Below, in pieces: positions 38,141-53,139 of a stretch of DNA of 64,000 nt. A model generated the notes under the pieces. It saw only the letters and a list, made by a program, of their open reading frames with translations, was not told the origin of the DNA and did no database searches. Where the stretch lies: the NCBI RefSeq assembly GCF_009914755.1, contig NC_060935.1. The stretch is one strand, 5' to 3'. Position numbers and translations under genes: made by a program. Each line of letters begins with the position of its first letter. The first letter of the stretch is position 1. This DNA comes from the human T2T-CHM13v2.0 reference genome, Homo sapiens.

Positions 38141-38992
38141 CTATGTAAAACATAGAAATATATGGAAATTGTACATAGGTAGTGAACAATTAGATTCAAG
38201 GTTAACTTGAATAACTGAACTCAGTAAGGTTGGCCCCAGTACATGACAAACTGCTATTTATGAAGATACTAATTCTTTTTAGAACAGGAGAGTTGGAAGT
38301 CTTTCCATGATGAAATAAATCAAAATTATGTTTTGTGGTGCCACAAACTGGGAGAGAATACCAATGATATCAAGTATTAAGTCACATATGACCCTGGGCG
38401 TATCATTTAATCTTTCTTGCCTTCAGTTTTCTCATCCGGAAAATGAGTTGTGTGAGGTTTAGAAAGAATGTATGTAATGAAGTTAGAAATAGCACTTACT
38501 AGGTGCTCAATAAATATTAGCAATTACTTCCTGTTAATTAAAAAGAAGCGTTGGAAGAATGAATTAAAAATAGAATTTTGGGAGTACTGATTGTAAATAA
38601 AGCATGTCCTAAAAACTCAATGTTTTAATAAGACAGACAAACTTACCAGTACACCAAATTGCTGAGTGACTATAAAAACCCAGGCCAAATTCAGTCCACT
38701 CCCAAGGGAAAACTAGCACTTAATCCTACCCTGCCACCTGCTGGCCCATGATAGACCAAAAATAACTATCTGGAAGTTCCAATTTCTCACTAAGTGAAAA
38801 TAGTGGCAGAAATTAAGTTTATCTCAGACAAGTGATTAGGGCATGAGTCTTCAAGTATTTTTACTAGTGAACCACAGTATGAGAATCCTTATGTGTGATA
38901 GCCACAGTAATTTTTATTGATAACATTGATGAGTTGAGATGGTTTTGTTAAGCGTCTTATTAATATCTATGGTTCAAATATGAATCAAGGGC

Positions 38993-39295
38993 AGGCAGGG
39001 TGCAGTGGCTCACACCTGTAATCCCAGAACTTTGGGAGGCTGAGGCAGGCAGATCGCCTGAGTCCAGGAGTTCGAGATCAGCCTGGGCAACATGGCAAAA
39101 CTCTGTCTCAACTAAAAATATAAAAAAGTAGCCAGGCGTGGTGGCATGTGCCTGTGGTCCCAGCTACTCAGGGGACTGAGGCAGGAGGATGGCTTGAGCC
39201 CAGGAGTTCAAGGCTGCAGTGAGCCCTGATTGTTTCACTGCACTCCAGCCTGGGCGAGGCCCTATCTCAAACAACAACAACAACAACAAAAAAAT
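38993..39295 (+). mobile_element. AluJ with (CAA)n tail
   Basis: Dimer. Confidence 0.88.
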
Positions 39296-40240
39296 CAACA
39301 GCATATGGAAACTTTATTTATTACTATTTTCCCTTTGTATGTTAATTTTCATAGTTTTATTATGGTTTAATTTTGGTGGTATTCAACTTGAACTGATTAT
39401 AATCAGCTTCAATTATTATGATTAATTGTAATTTACTAGACCAGAGGTCCCTATGAAACAGAATTGCCTGGTTTCTGTTTCATACTTATAGAATAGGAAT
39501 ATTTTTGGCTAAAGCTCAGGAAGCACTATTTTTTAAAAGCTTTCTATGTGATTCTCGTGCAACTAACTTTGGAGGCCATCATGCTTGATTATAAATTTCT
39601 TGAGGCAAGGACAGTTTTTTTCTTCATTTTTGTATTCTTGAGGCTTAAGAATGTCTAGTACAAGACAATTAGATAAATAAAGGAAAAAAGTTATACATAA
39701 ATGAATGAACAAACACATGCATAGACAAACTAATTGATTCATGACTCCTGGGTAGTTAGCAACACAACAGTTGTGGCAAGCTTAAACCTCGTGGCCTTTT
39801 AATTTATGTGTACTAGCCAATTAGGTAAATATATTTTTGTTGTTTAAAGGTTTGACAGGATGCATTCTGGAATCAAGGTGGCTGCATGCTGGCCCCGCCA
39901 AGTTTTAGAGGATATGAGTAAAAGGAGATGGAACCAACCAAAGCTGCAACTTCAAAAATTGTATAGAGGTGTTGTATCCTAACAATGACTTCAGACTGAT
40001 TATATTAATAAGGTATAAGGAAACAAAGGTAATTTCACTATTTGAATAAACATATATCTTGTTGTATTAATTTCTTTTCCAACTTAAAAAAAGTCAAATA
40101 TACAGTTGAATTGATTTACAAATAGTTATTTGCCATTTTTACGTAACAAGAGGACATGGATGGGTTCACCTTTTAGCATCTTTAGGCCAAGTTATTCTGA
40201 TCTTGTGGACTCTCTTAAAATTAAACAGTATTTAACTTTA

Positions 40241-41420
<1,180 letters not shown>

Positions 41421-43019
41421 TGAAAAATCACTGTTAAAATTTAACAGCTTTTTTTCATTTATATTGCTTTAAATCTGTATAAATTCTGAGATAAAATACT
41501 AAGCTATTATATAACTTCTTACTAGACATCAGAAAAAAATTTAAAAATTAACAGAATCAGAAAACAGAAAAAGAAAGCCATTATAGAGGAACAAAATAAT
41601 ATTCTTGATATAATTGAATATATTTTTTAACACAAATGTAGAAAATATTGAGAAAAAAGAGAAAGATACTAGTTTCATTAGAACATAGAATTGAGAGCAG
41701 GATGGGAATTTACTTTTTACCTTCATGTCAATCATAAGAGATGAATTTAAATAAAAATTAGAAGGGAAATAAATTGGATATACGTTTGTACAACATTTTC
41801 TCAGTTCAGGTACATGGCCAGGTAACTTGAATATTAAAACATGGGTCATTCTTGTTGGAAACTATCACAAGCCAAAAAGAAAAGAAACGAAAAAAGAAAA
41901 TCTTTAAAAAAAAGGGCACAGGTGGAAGTTTCTGTGAGCTTGTTTTTTTTTTAAACACAAAGTTTTTCAAACAGTAAAAAGTTACTAGATTCTGGTTACT
42001 TCATTGTACCTTGAAGGAGTCTGCCTTTATTAAAAACTGTCTGGAGATGAAAAAAATCAACGATATTATGCAAATGGATGAAAAGGCTGGCATATATTAC
42101 CTCTTCTTAGAAACCATAAAGAAAATGAAAAAGCACATCAGCAAAATGTTAAGTATTCAAAGATCAAACCTGATTTGAAAAGTATAATATGTGTAGTTAT
42201 TGGTGCTATGAAATAGTTTATATTTAGAGGATAAAATATAAAACCAAATAGTTAACACTATCATATTGAATAAAAACATTTGATTATTCGAATAAGGCAA
42301 GAATTCAAAATATTGTCCAATTGCTTTAGTTACAACATGTATAGATCCCAGATAGAACAAATAACAATTTTGTTAGATTTATAGATTTCTAAAATCCTGT
42401 ATTTCTATATGTGAATATAGATTTTGCTAGCAGATGACATAACTGTGGAATCATCTGATCTACATATTTAATAGACTACTTATAAACACAGACTAGAAAC
42501 CAAAATAATGTGAGGGGAAGGAGATCTTTTGATCTGAGACCATGTAGTTCTGTTCTTGTAACGTCTTGAAAGCATGTCACCACCATCTTGGTTCAGTTAC
42601 TTCTCCACAAAAGTAAGAGCAGTAAGAGATTAACTGAAGTCTGAATTCAGAGTAAATGCCAAAAAAGTTTCTTACAGCAGTGTAAAAATTGTGACAGTGA
42701 AAAGAAATAACCTGACTGAAGTTTGAAATGCTACAGTTTTGAGGTAAAGGATGTTATGGCAAACTGAAAATAATCTTCCCTTAAAAAAATAAAGTCCCTT
42801 CTTGTTCATCGTTATCTGGGAAACTGAAATCTGGTTCTGGTAATAATGATAATATAATTACTATTAAAAATGTGAAGGTCAGAGATATGACAGTAACACA
42901 ATTTATGTACATAAAGAACACAATTGATTTCGACAGGAAGATTTCCAACAAGTATTACAGAGCACTCCATAGTTGTTGTGCATTCTTTAAACTTGATGGT
43001 TAAAAAAAAAAAAGGTTAA

Positions 43020-43628
43020 ATTCTTTTTTTAAACTTTTTTTTTGAAATAGCGTCTCCCTCTGTCACCCAGGCTGGAGTGCAGTACTGCTGTCATAGCTCA
43101 CTATAACCTTGAACTTCTCAGCTCAAGTGATCCTTCCACCTTAGCCTCCTGAGTAGCTAAGACTGCAGGTGCGCAACACTACACTTGGCAATTTTTTTTT
43201 TTTTTTTTTTTTTGAGATGGAGTTTAGCTCCTGTTGCCCAGCCTGGAGTACAATGGTGCAATCTCGGTTCACCGCAACCTCCACCTCCTGAGTTCAAGCT
43301 ATTCTCCTGCCTCAGCCTCACAAGTAGCTGGGATTACAGACATGCGCCACCATGCCCAGCTAATTTTGTATTTTTAGTAGAGATGGTGTTTCTCCATGTT
43401 GGTCAGGCTGGTCTCGAGCTCCCAACCTCAGGTGAGCCACCCGCCTCGACCTCCCAAAGTGCTGGGATTACAGGCGTTAGCCACCATGCCTGGCCTAATT
43501 TTTAAATTTTTTTGTAGAGATGGGGTCTTGCTATGTTGCTCAGGGAGCTCTTGAACTCCTGGCCTGAAGCAATCTTTCTGCCTTAGCCTCCCAAAGTGTT
43601 GGGATTACAGGTGTGAGCCATCACCTGA
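43020..43628 (-). mobile_element. AluJ with an AluS (43192-43495) inserted in its middle linker
   Basis: J right arm, complete AluS, then J left arm. Confidence 0.88.
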
Positions 43629-44002
43629 CAGTTTTTAAACTATTGAAAATATTGTATAATCCAAGAATTATACAATTACCTTTTAGCTGTTGGAACATTG
43701 TTGAAGCACTGAAACTAACATTTACTGAGGTTAATTTTGAAACCCTTGTAAAATACATGACGTAGAAGTCCAGTTGAGGCTATCCTGCTACTAATACTCA
43801 ATTAGAGGCAGTAAACAATGTTCTTTCATAAATTATTGATATTTTAACAGATAAATTGTCTAGATAACATGTAAAATGCTAGTCAAAGTTATATTTTTGA
43901 AAACATCTATATTTAAATGTATTTGCTCAGTACCAATTTGGCATGACTTTTTGTTGTGAACATTTTATATTTTAAATCATTTTTATTAAAAAACATAATA
44001 CA

Positions 44003-44178
44003 CCTAATGACTTTGGAATGTGATATTGAGTTCTTATGACTAAAATTTGAATTTTCCACTATTTTATGTTAAGGATTTGATTTATATCACAAACAAAAAT
44101 GACTTCTATGAAGGATTTTGTTTTGTTCTCTGAGTATTCCCTGTTCTTATTTCTTGGATATGAGGCCTTATTTTCCTA
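44003..44178 (+). repeat. Local direct duplication, copy 1
   Basis: cctaatgactttggaatgtgatattgag...gaggccttattttccta recurs at 45835-46009 with about a dozen differences. Confidence 0.93.
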
Positions 44179-44179
44179 T

Positions 44180-44708
44180 TGTTGGCGGGGGAGGGAAATA
44201 TAATTTTTCCTCTAACCTCATAAAATTGTAGTTAGAACAGAGCCCAGTGACAAAAGACAGATTAACAAGAGTAAAATGAAGGAGTTTAGTAATGTGTGCA
44301 GTGTACATCACATGAGAGTAACTTCAGTGGAAAGTAACTCAAAGCAGTGGCTGAGAATTCTGGCTTGTATAGCATCTTCAACAAAGGACAATACACTTGT
44401 AGAGAAATGACAGGAAAAAGGAAAACAGTTTTGGGCTTCCAAATATGGGAAACCGTGGAAGGTAAATGTATGTGAAGAAACTAATGGAGTAAGATTAGTT
44501 TGCAGATTCCTCTGGTGCTGTCTCTGGGCTGCTATGACAACTAGAATTGTTTCCAGTAAAGGGCAATTTATACCCTCTGTTTAAGCAAAAAAGTGGGAGG
44601 ATAGGAAGAGCTCTTCCTGTGTTTGCTGCTTCTTAATTGTCTTTAGCTAAAAAATAATTTTTTATCAAAGAGGCATATTTTGGGGTTACATATTCTGTTT
44701 TTTTTCCA
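44180..44708 (-). mobile_element. ERV1 solo LTR (MER34/MER39-like)
   Basis: TG...CA ends with 4-bp TSD CTAT; gacaaaagacagattaacaagag, gcatattttggggttacatattctg motifs. Confidence 0.75.
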
Positions 44709-45184
44709 CTATAGAAAGCTATGTAGAACAAGTGTAGAGTCTATTGAACTATTATTAGGCAAATATCCTCATACCTATCACCTAGGTCAAGAAATAGAAC
44801 TGTGCTTTTCATTCCCATAATTCTTTGAGCACTTCTTATTTTCTGGCACTTCAAGATATTCCAGCTTTCTTGTACTTTCTTTGTGTCAGCCCTGGAATTA
44901 GCTATTTCTTCAAAGAGCTCTGGATCATTTGATTGGAAAAAATGGTTTTACAAACTGACATCCGGGCAATGGTTGTGCTCATCACTACCATTATTATCTT
45001 GCTCAACCAGATAATCTTTTAAAAAAGTTTTAAAGCACTGAAAGAATATAATGATCTTTTCAGAGTTTTTGAGACATGCAATTTGAATAATTATGATGAT
45101 AAACTGTTGAAAACTTACAAATAGAAACTAAGCGATGGATAATATTAGATGGGGTATCAATGTATGATGAACTACAAGTATTAC

Positions 45185-45506
<322 letters not shown>

Positions 45507-45834
45507 TAAATTTTAGTATGGACGCTCCCTCCCCTGTGGAGTATTGCCTCTATTTGTATCAATAGCCATAGTTACCAGGCGCATTTCCAAATTTTTTTTT
45601 TTTTTTTTTTTTTTTAGTTCTTTAGGATCTTTGTGAATATTGGTTGGCAGTGGAGAATATAGTCTTAAAATGTGTTAAAACATATTTAATGTCCTCAATA
45701 TCACAATTGGAAGCCTATCTAGGGGTCATTTCTACAGAAAAGAAGGTATTGGAGCAACTAAGCATAGAAACCATCATAAAGCTGTCACTTTAAGTGATCA
45801 ATATATGAACTATTTTCATCACAAATTATTAAAT

Positions 45835-46009
45835 CCTAATGACTTTGGAATGTGATATTGAGTTCTTGTGACTAAAATTTGAATTTTCCACTATCGTATG
45901 TTAACAATTTGGTTTATTTAACAAACAAAATGACTTCTATGAAGAGTTTTGTTTTGTTCTCTGAGTATTCCCTGTTTTTATTTCTTGGATATGAGGCCTT
46001 ATTTTCCTA
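45835..46009 (+). repeat. Local direct duplication, copy 2
   Basis: Aligns end to end with 44003-44178. Confidence 0.93.
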
Positions 46010-46254
46010 AGAATATTGATAGTGATTTTTTTTTGAAGGCCTATTTTGCTCTCTGCATTAGTTTACTAATTTTGGCTTACAACTTTTAAGTTAAAGGATT
46101 TCCTAAAATATTTGTTGGTCTTTGGTTATTCGCCCATATTTAAGAATAAGGCTGAGTAGAAATGAGTGAATGGAGGGCTTATTAACTGATAAGTTTCACT
46201 AAAGAGCAATGGGGTGGTTAGTGAGTTGTCATTTATTTGGCTGCTGCCAAAATG

Positions 46255-46629
<375 letters not shown>

Positions 46630-46749
46630 TAGAGTTGAACCTTCCAGTTTCTTGCCTGGGGCGCATATATGCCTGACTCCTACAGTTTTAGGAAAAAAGT
46701 GAGTTATAGCTGAGGGCCTTATCGTTCTGTAGGTATGCATATGTGGTAT

Positions 46750-47310
46750 ACATATGTAGTAAAATACACATCACATAAAATTTACCATTTAAGCCATTTG
46801 TAAGTATACAATTCAGTTGCATTAATTACATTCTCATTGTTGTGCAACCAATCTGCAGAACTCTTTTCATCTTACCAAACTGGAACTCTGCACTGATTAA
46901 ACAGTAACCCCCTGGTTGCCTGAGTCCCTGGCAACCACAAGTCTACTTTCTCTATTATTTTGACAACTCTAAGTTTCTCATATAAATAGAACCATATATA
47001 GTATTTGTCCTTTTGTGACTGGCTTATTTCACTTAGCTTAATATTCTTAAAGTTTATCCACGTTGTGGCATGTGTCAGAAATTCCTTCTTTATGAAGGCT
47101 GAATAATATTCCATTTTAGGTACATATTATGTTTTGTTTACTCATTCATCAGTTGATAGACACCTGGGTTGCTTCCACATTTTAGCTATAGTGCTGTGGT
47201 GAACACGGTATGCAAATATCTGAGACCCTGCTTTCGATTATTTTGGCTATACATACCCAGAAGTGAAATTGCTGGCTCACGTGGAGTTCTATTTTTAATT
47301 TTTTGAGGAT
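46750..47310 (-). mobile_element. L1MB 3' end
   Basis: cataaaatttaccatttaagc...ggctgaataatattccatt...atacccagaagtgaaattgctgg. Confidence 0.85.
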
Positions 47311-47682
47311 GTATATACACTTTCATGTAATCACTCCTTATTGAGCTTTACTGTCTACCACATCTAGTGTCCCTGAGTGTGGAAATTCTCTTGTTCACCT
47401 CCTGTCCTCACTCCCTTCCAATAAGCCATGTCTTGTTTGGAGGATGGGCATAGAGTTGAGAGTAGTGATCTGGATATGTGGGGTTGGAAAGGAAATTTGA
47501 GAGCCCAAAATTCTGCCTGTGAACTTTGAACTCAATTTTCCAATCTCCTTTGCTACAGCTAAGCTCTCCCACCCACATCCGGTGTTTTCCTGGAGGCTGT
47601 AGGTAAATGTGTCAAAAAATTCAATTCATTGAAAGCCAGTTCACTTAAATGTCCAACTTGCAATAACTTTTCTATTACCTCC

Positions 47683-47977
47683 TTTTTTTTTTTTTTTGAC
47701 GGAGTTTCACTCTTTCACCCAGGCTGTGGTGAAGTGGGGCGATCTTGGCTCACTATAACCTCCGCCCCCGGGGTTCAAGTGATTCTCCTGCCTCAGCCTC
47801 CCAAGTAGCTAGGATTATAGGTGTGCACCACCACGCCTGGCTAATTTTTGTATTTTTAGCAGAGACAGGGCATCACCATATTGGCCAGGCTGGTCTCGAC
47901 CTCCTGACCTCAGGTGATCCACCCACCTCGACCTCCCAAATTGCTGGAATTACAGGCGTGAGCCACCGTGCCCGGCC
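47683..47977 (-). mobile_element. AluS
   Basis: Antisense dimer, TSD tctattacct/tctattattacct. Confidence 0.92.
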
Positions 47978-48349
47978 TCTATTACCTACCTCCTTACGTT
48001 TAGTTATCATTTTGTCTCCATAAAAGCATTTTAAGGCAAATTCAATTTGATTCCGTTCCAGTTTCCTTGCTGTTGCAGCTAGAGTCTGAGGGGCCCAGAG
48101 GAAAAGGAAAACCCAGAGGGGCATAAGAAGAATATAGAATATTCATTTTTATTCCTGAGGAAGTACAACCACCATGGATGGAAATCAGAAGTCACTAACT
48201 AGCTGTTTACTTCTGGGCAAATCTTTTGGCTCGTTGGCCCGAAAAGTGCAAAACGAGGGTCACAATTTTCATTCACAGATTGTATGTGTTTACACACATA
48301 CTCACGAACGCTTAGCAAAGTTGAACCTGGAGCAAATGTGTTAATAGCC

Positions 48350-49030
48350 CTTAAAGGGTCAGTGTATGACGTCACCATAGTAACAACAACAGTGCGCATG
48401 CGTTTTTTTTTAAAGAGCCGGCGTGCTCCCGGCGCGGCTCAGCTCGTCCCCTTCCGTGGAGTGCTGCGCCCCCGTTTCCCCAGGCTGCCCCTCCCAGCAG
48501 GAGCCAATTCGCCAATCACAGCCCTCCTTTTCCTGACGTCATTGGCGCGTGCCCCGGTTTCAAAAGCTCGGGGGCGGGCTTCTGAGTTCGCGCATGCGCC
48601 TCTGTGCGTTTGTCCCATGCTGGTTCCGTGAGTCTGGCCTTAGGTGTCTCGTGTCTGGGGTTGATCCGAGCTGTCGCCGCCGCCGCCGCAATGGGCAAAA
48701 CGGCCAACTCTCCGGGTTCGGGAGCCCGACCCGACCCGGTGCGGAGCTTCAATCGCTGGAAGAAAAAACACAGCCATAGGCAGAACAAAAAGAAGCAGTT
48801 GAGGAAGCAACTGAAGAAACCCGAATGGCAGGTCGAGCGCGAGAGTATCAGCCGCCTCATGCAGAACTATGAAAAGGTGAGGCCGGCGCTGGGGAGGGGG
48901 CTCGGGCCGGCCAGCAGCGGGGCAGCGTCTCACTGCGGCGAGGAGTTGCAGAGTGGAGGCGGCGGATCTGTCACCGGGACCCGGCCGGGAATGAGAGGTC
49001 ACGCCGGGTGCCACAGCTCAAACCTCTGCA
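48350..49030 (+). promoter_or_regulatory. DDX10: DDX10 CpG-island promoter / 5' UTR
   Basis: Dense CpGs; CRE TGACGTCA at 48367 and 48534; NRF1-type GCGCATGCG at 48394 and 48590; CCAAT at 48504, 48512 and reverse at 48541; GC box GGGGCGGGC at about 48571; no canonical TATA box. Confidence 0.92.
48691..48876 (+). CDS. DDX10: DDX10 coding exon 1 (MGKTANSPGSGARPDPVRSFNRWKKKHSHRQNKKKQLRKQ...MQNYEK)
   Basis: ATG in strong Kozak context (gccgcaATGG) inside a CpG island; 186 nt, 62 codons; basic NLS-like tract; donor AAG|gtgagg; matches the recalled DDX10 N-terminus. Confidence 0.97.
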
Positions 49031-49724
49031 CCGTTCTGGCCACTCTTCTGCTTGCCACACTGTTCCTAAAAAAATAATAGAAATGCGGCCGTACCTAAGG
49101 GTAGGGAGACTAATGCTGTAATAGCTACAGTCATATTCATATTAATAATACTGATGACAATAGTGGTAATAATGACACCTACATTTTTAAGCACTCACCA
49201 TGTGCTTACAGTAATTGTTTGACTTGATCTGAGGTATGGATATTAATAATCCTATTTAACAGATGAGATAATTGAGGTTCTAAGAGGAATGAAACTTGTC
49301 CGAATCTTTCACGCTTAGTAGGTGGTGTGGAATTGGAAGCTAGATCCATGTCTTTCTAATCCCAAAGCCTTTGCTTTTAACCATGAAGCCAGACTGCATC
49401 CCTCAACATCATCTATGCTCCTTCCTGTGGCCACCTCATTTTCTCCACAGGCTTCATGTCCCCATCCAAGAATTGGCCTAGAAAAGCTGGACCGCTGGTC
49501 TGTTTCTGTCACCTATCATCCCCACATTGTAGCTGGTGTTCCCAGATGAGTATACCTGTAATGATCACTTTGACCTCCTGACTTCTTCCCCCAACCTCCA
49601 GACTCCACAGGTCTGTCAATTCCTCTTTTCCCTTTCCCTAAATCCCATGTTTGTTGGTCTTCACCCACATCTTTCAGCTTCTCAGCCCCCTTCTAGTGCA
49701 GTACAATCAGGGATTTAACAGATG

Positions 49725-50445
<721 letters not shown>

Positions 50446-50649
50446 TCCTAGCTCCACCATCTCAGCAGACCGTAGAGCTAGAAACCTAGGAGCAGTCTTA
50501 GCTACTTCTCTCTTACCTACTCTTATATCCAGTCGGTCACACTGCTGATCTGTTCTGCTTACATTTTTCAAATGCTTCTTCATCCCTACTGCATTGTCTT
50601 CAGTCCCCATCATCTCTTGCCTGGATTACTATAGTAAATATTGCTTTCA

Positions 50650-50835
50650 ACAGGGATCAGCAAACTTTCTCTGTAAATGATAGTGAATGTTTTCAGCTTT
50701 GTAGTCCTAAGGGTGGAACTACTCAATTGTTCCCTTGTAATACAAAAGCTGCCATAGAAATACTTAAATGAATGGGTGTTGTTTTTCAGTAAAACTTTAA
50801 TTAGTGAAACAGGTGGCTGATGGGCTTTGTCACCT
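50650..50835 (+). mobile_element. MER58A-like MITE
   Basis: cagggatcagcaaactttctctgtaaa...aaaagctgccatag...aaatgaatggg. Confidence 0.65.
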
Positions 50836-52634
50836 AGGCCTTAAACCTTTTAATTTGTCCTCTGTACTTCTGCTAGAATGATTCTTTCCAAGATGAAGAT
50901 CTAATCATTTTACTGCCGATTAGAACCCTTCCTTGGCTCACAGTTACTTTTAGAAAAATTGTCAAATACAGCATGTCAACATGTTCTAGTCTGCTGCAGA
51001 GTAAGTTATTTGTGGTCAGGCTGACCTGGTTTAAATCTCACTCTTCAGGTATTGGCTAGCCAGGTTTCTTCATCCCTCTAAGTCTCAGTTTCTTCTTTCA
51101 AAAAACCGAAGTTATTAGCCACCCAGAGTGTTGTAAGGCCCAAATGAGATAATGTGTATACACCAAGTGGTACATGATAGGCATATATGAAGGAACAGCT
51201 TGCAGTTTTGTGAATTGTACATGCTTCTTGTGCTTCTCATCCTGGTACTTGATGTTTCCACTGTGTGCAGTGAGCATACCCATCTGCCCACTCTAAGGAA
51301 AGGTACTCTTCCTTCAAGATTTAGTGCAAACTTCTCTTCATCACCTCCCCTGACCGAGTTAGGGCTACTGTGCATCTGTAGCATTTTGTAGATACCTTTA
51401 TGACAACATTTATCAACTGTCTGCGATGATTGGCTTCTTTAACTTTTTTAAAAAAACTCTCCTACTAGACCATGAACATTCAAGGTCAGCAACCAGTGAT
51501 ACACTCGTCTTTGCACTCCCCAGAGTCTGGTAGCACAGTGCTTGTCCTTGAATAGGTGCTCAGTCAGTGTTTAGATGTTGTTTGCTGTAAGACTAGACCT
51601 TTCCCAGGTGGCTTTGCTCTGGTTGGCAGCATTGGATTATTCTTTTTTGTTTCTTGTAATTGTGAACATTTATCAAACTTTTATTCATGCTGGCTTTCCG
51701 TATACTCACCACAAATAACCCTGTGAAATTGTTCCCATTATACAGGTGAGACAACTTTAAGGCACAGCAAGGTTAAATAATTTGTGTAAGGTTAAACAGC
51801 TAAGAAGTGAAAAAGGAGTTCTAAGCCAGGTAGTCTGATACCAGTGCACCAAACCAGTAGGCTTTACTGCATTGCATTTATTTAAATCCCATTTGTTTCA
51901 TTGTTGAAGGAGCAGCTTTTTCCCCCCGCTAAGCATTGTTCTGTTTTACTTCTTTAATTTTAGAAATATTTTCTTAAGATTTGGTTGAGAAATAAATGCA
52001 GTGTGAAATCAGTTGTCAAGGTTAGCAATACTAGGATATAATTATTTGAATAGCAGGATTATCATTCTCTAGGTAAACAAGGTGCAGGCCCTCACTATGT
52101 GGCTCCTCAGGTGGTAGCATTGTACATAAAACTTACTACATAGCCATGGTACACAGGTGGTGCTCAGTAGCCTCACTGGTGAACTACTGAACAATTTGAT
52201 TCCGAAACCTTTTAAAACAATTTGACAGGCACTTGTCTAGGCGGGTGTGAGTATATATGGAAAAAAAATACGTGCCCAAGTCCCTAGGGAACCTGGGCAT
52301 GTAGGGGTTGATACAGTTTGACACGTTATATTAGTATGCATAAAATGTTATAATAGTAAGTTTGTAACATGTACCTCAGTGCTGTGGAGTTAGAGGATGG
52401 TGTAATTAGGGGAAATTGAGTTATCCTATACTGAGCTCCTTCTGGTCAGATGCATTACAAAAAACATGCTTCTTCTGGGTATGCTTCCCTTCCTCCTGGT
52501 GGTTGCAGCCTCACGTCTGGCTTGGGGAGCTGATGTGGGCTGGATTTCATCCCCTGCATCTCAGTCTTAGCAGATTTCATTGTGGTGCATACAAACTGTC
52601 CAGTGGTTTGCAGTTGCCAAGAGTGGAGCTAAGC

Positions 52635-52932
52635 TTTTTTTTTTTTTTTAAGATGGAGTCTCACTCTATCACCCAGGCTAGAGTACAGTGGCACCATCAT
52701 GGCTCACTGTAGCCTTGACCTCCTGGGCTCAAGTGACCCACCCAACTCAGCCTCCTGAGTAGCTAGGACTACAGGTGCATGCCACCAGGCCTGGCTAATT
52801 TTTTTGGTAATTTTTGTAGAGATGGAGTCTTACTGTATTTCCCAGGCTGGTCTTGAACTCCTGTGCTCAAGCGAACTGCCCACCTGTAATTCCAAAGTGC
52901 TGGGATTACAGGTGTGAGCCACTGTGCCTGGT
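52635..52932 (-). mobile_element. AluJ
   Basis: Antisense dimer, TSD gtggagcta. Confidence 0.88.
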
Positions 52933-53139
52933 GGAGCTAGTTCTTGAATGATGAGTTCATCAGATAGAAAAGATTGGCAAGGATGTTCTAGGTGGAGGGA
53001 ACATGGGGAAATACAGAGAGGTGAAAATGCATGGCATTCTTTGAGGGAGGAAATGCTCCTTGGAGTGTTGGATGCATTCCTGAGTTGGCTTCAGATGGGT
53101 TCGAGAAGAAGGTTGGACTGTGATGACATTGGAGGCTGC

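Noticed and set aside
45591-45615. Isolated poly-T tract as the tail of a processed pseudogene
   Set aside because: No antisense polyA signal nearby, no TSD, and no recognisable coding sequence adjacent
48516-49014. Antisense ORFs (114 and 124 aa) over exon 1
   Set aside because: Expected shadow ORFs of a GC-rich coding exon; no recognisable protein features
48604-49077. 157-aa ORF as a stand-alone gene
   Set aside because: It is DDX10 exon 1 plus read-through into GC-rich intron 1; the strong donor at 48877 and the downstream exons explain it
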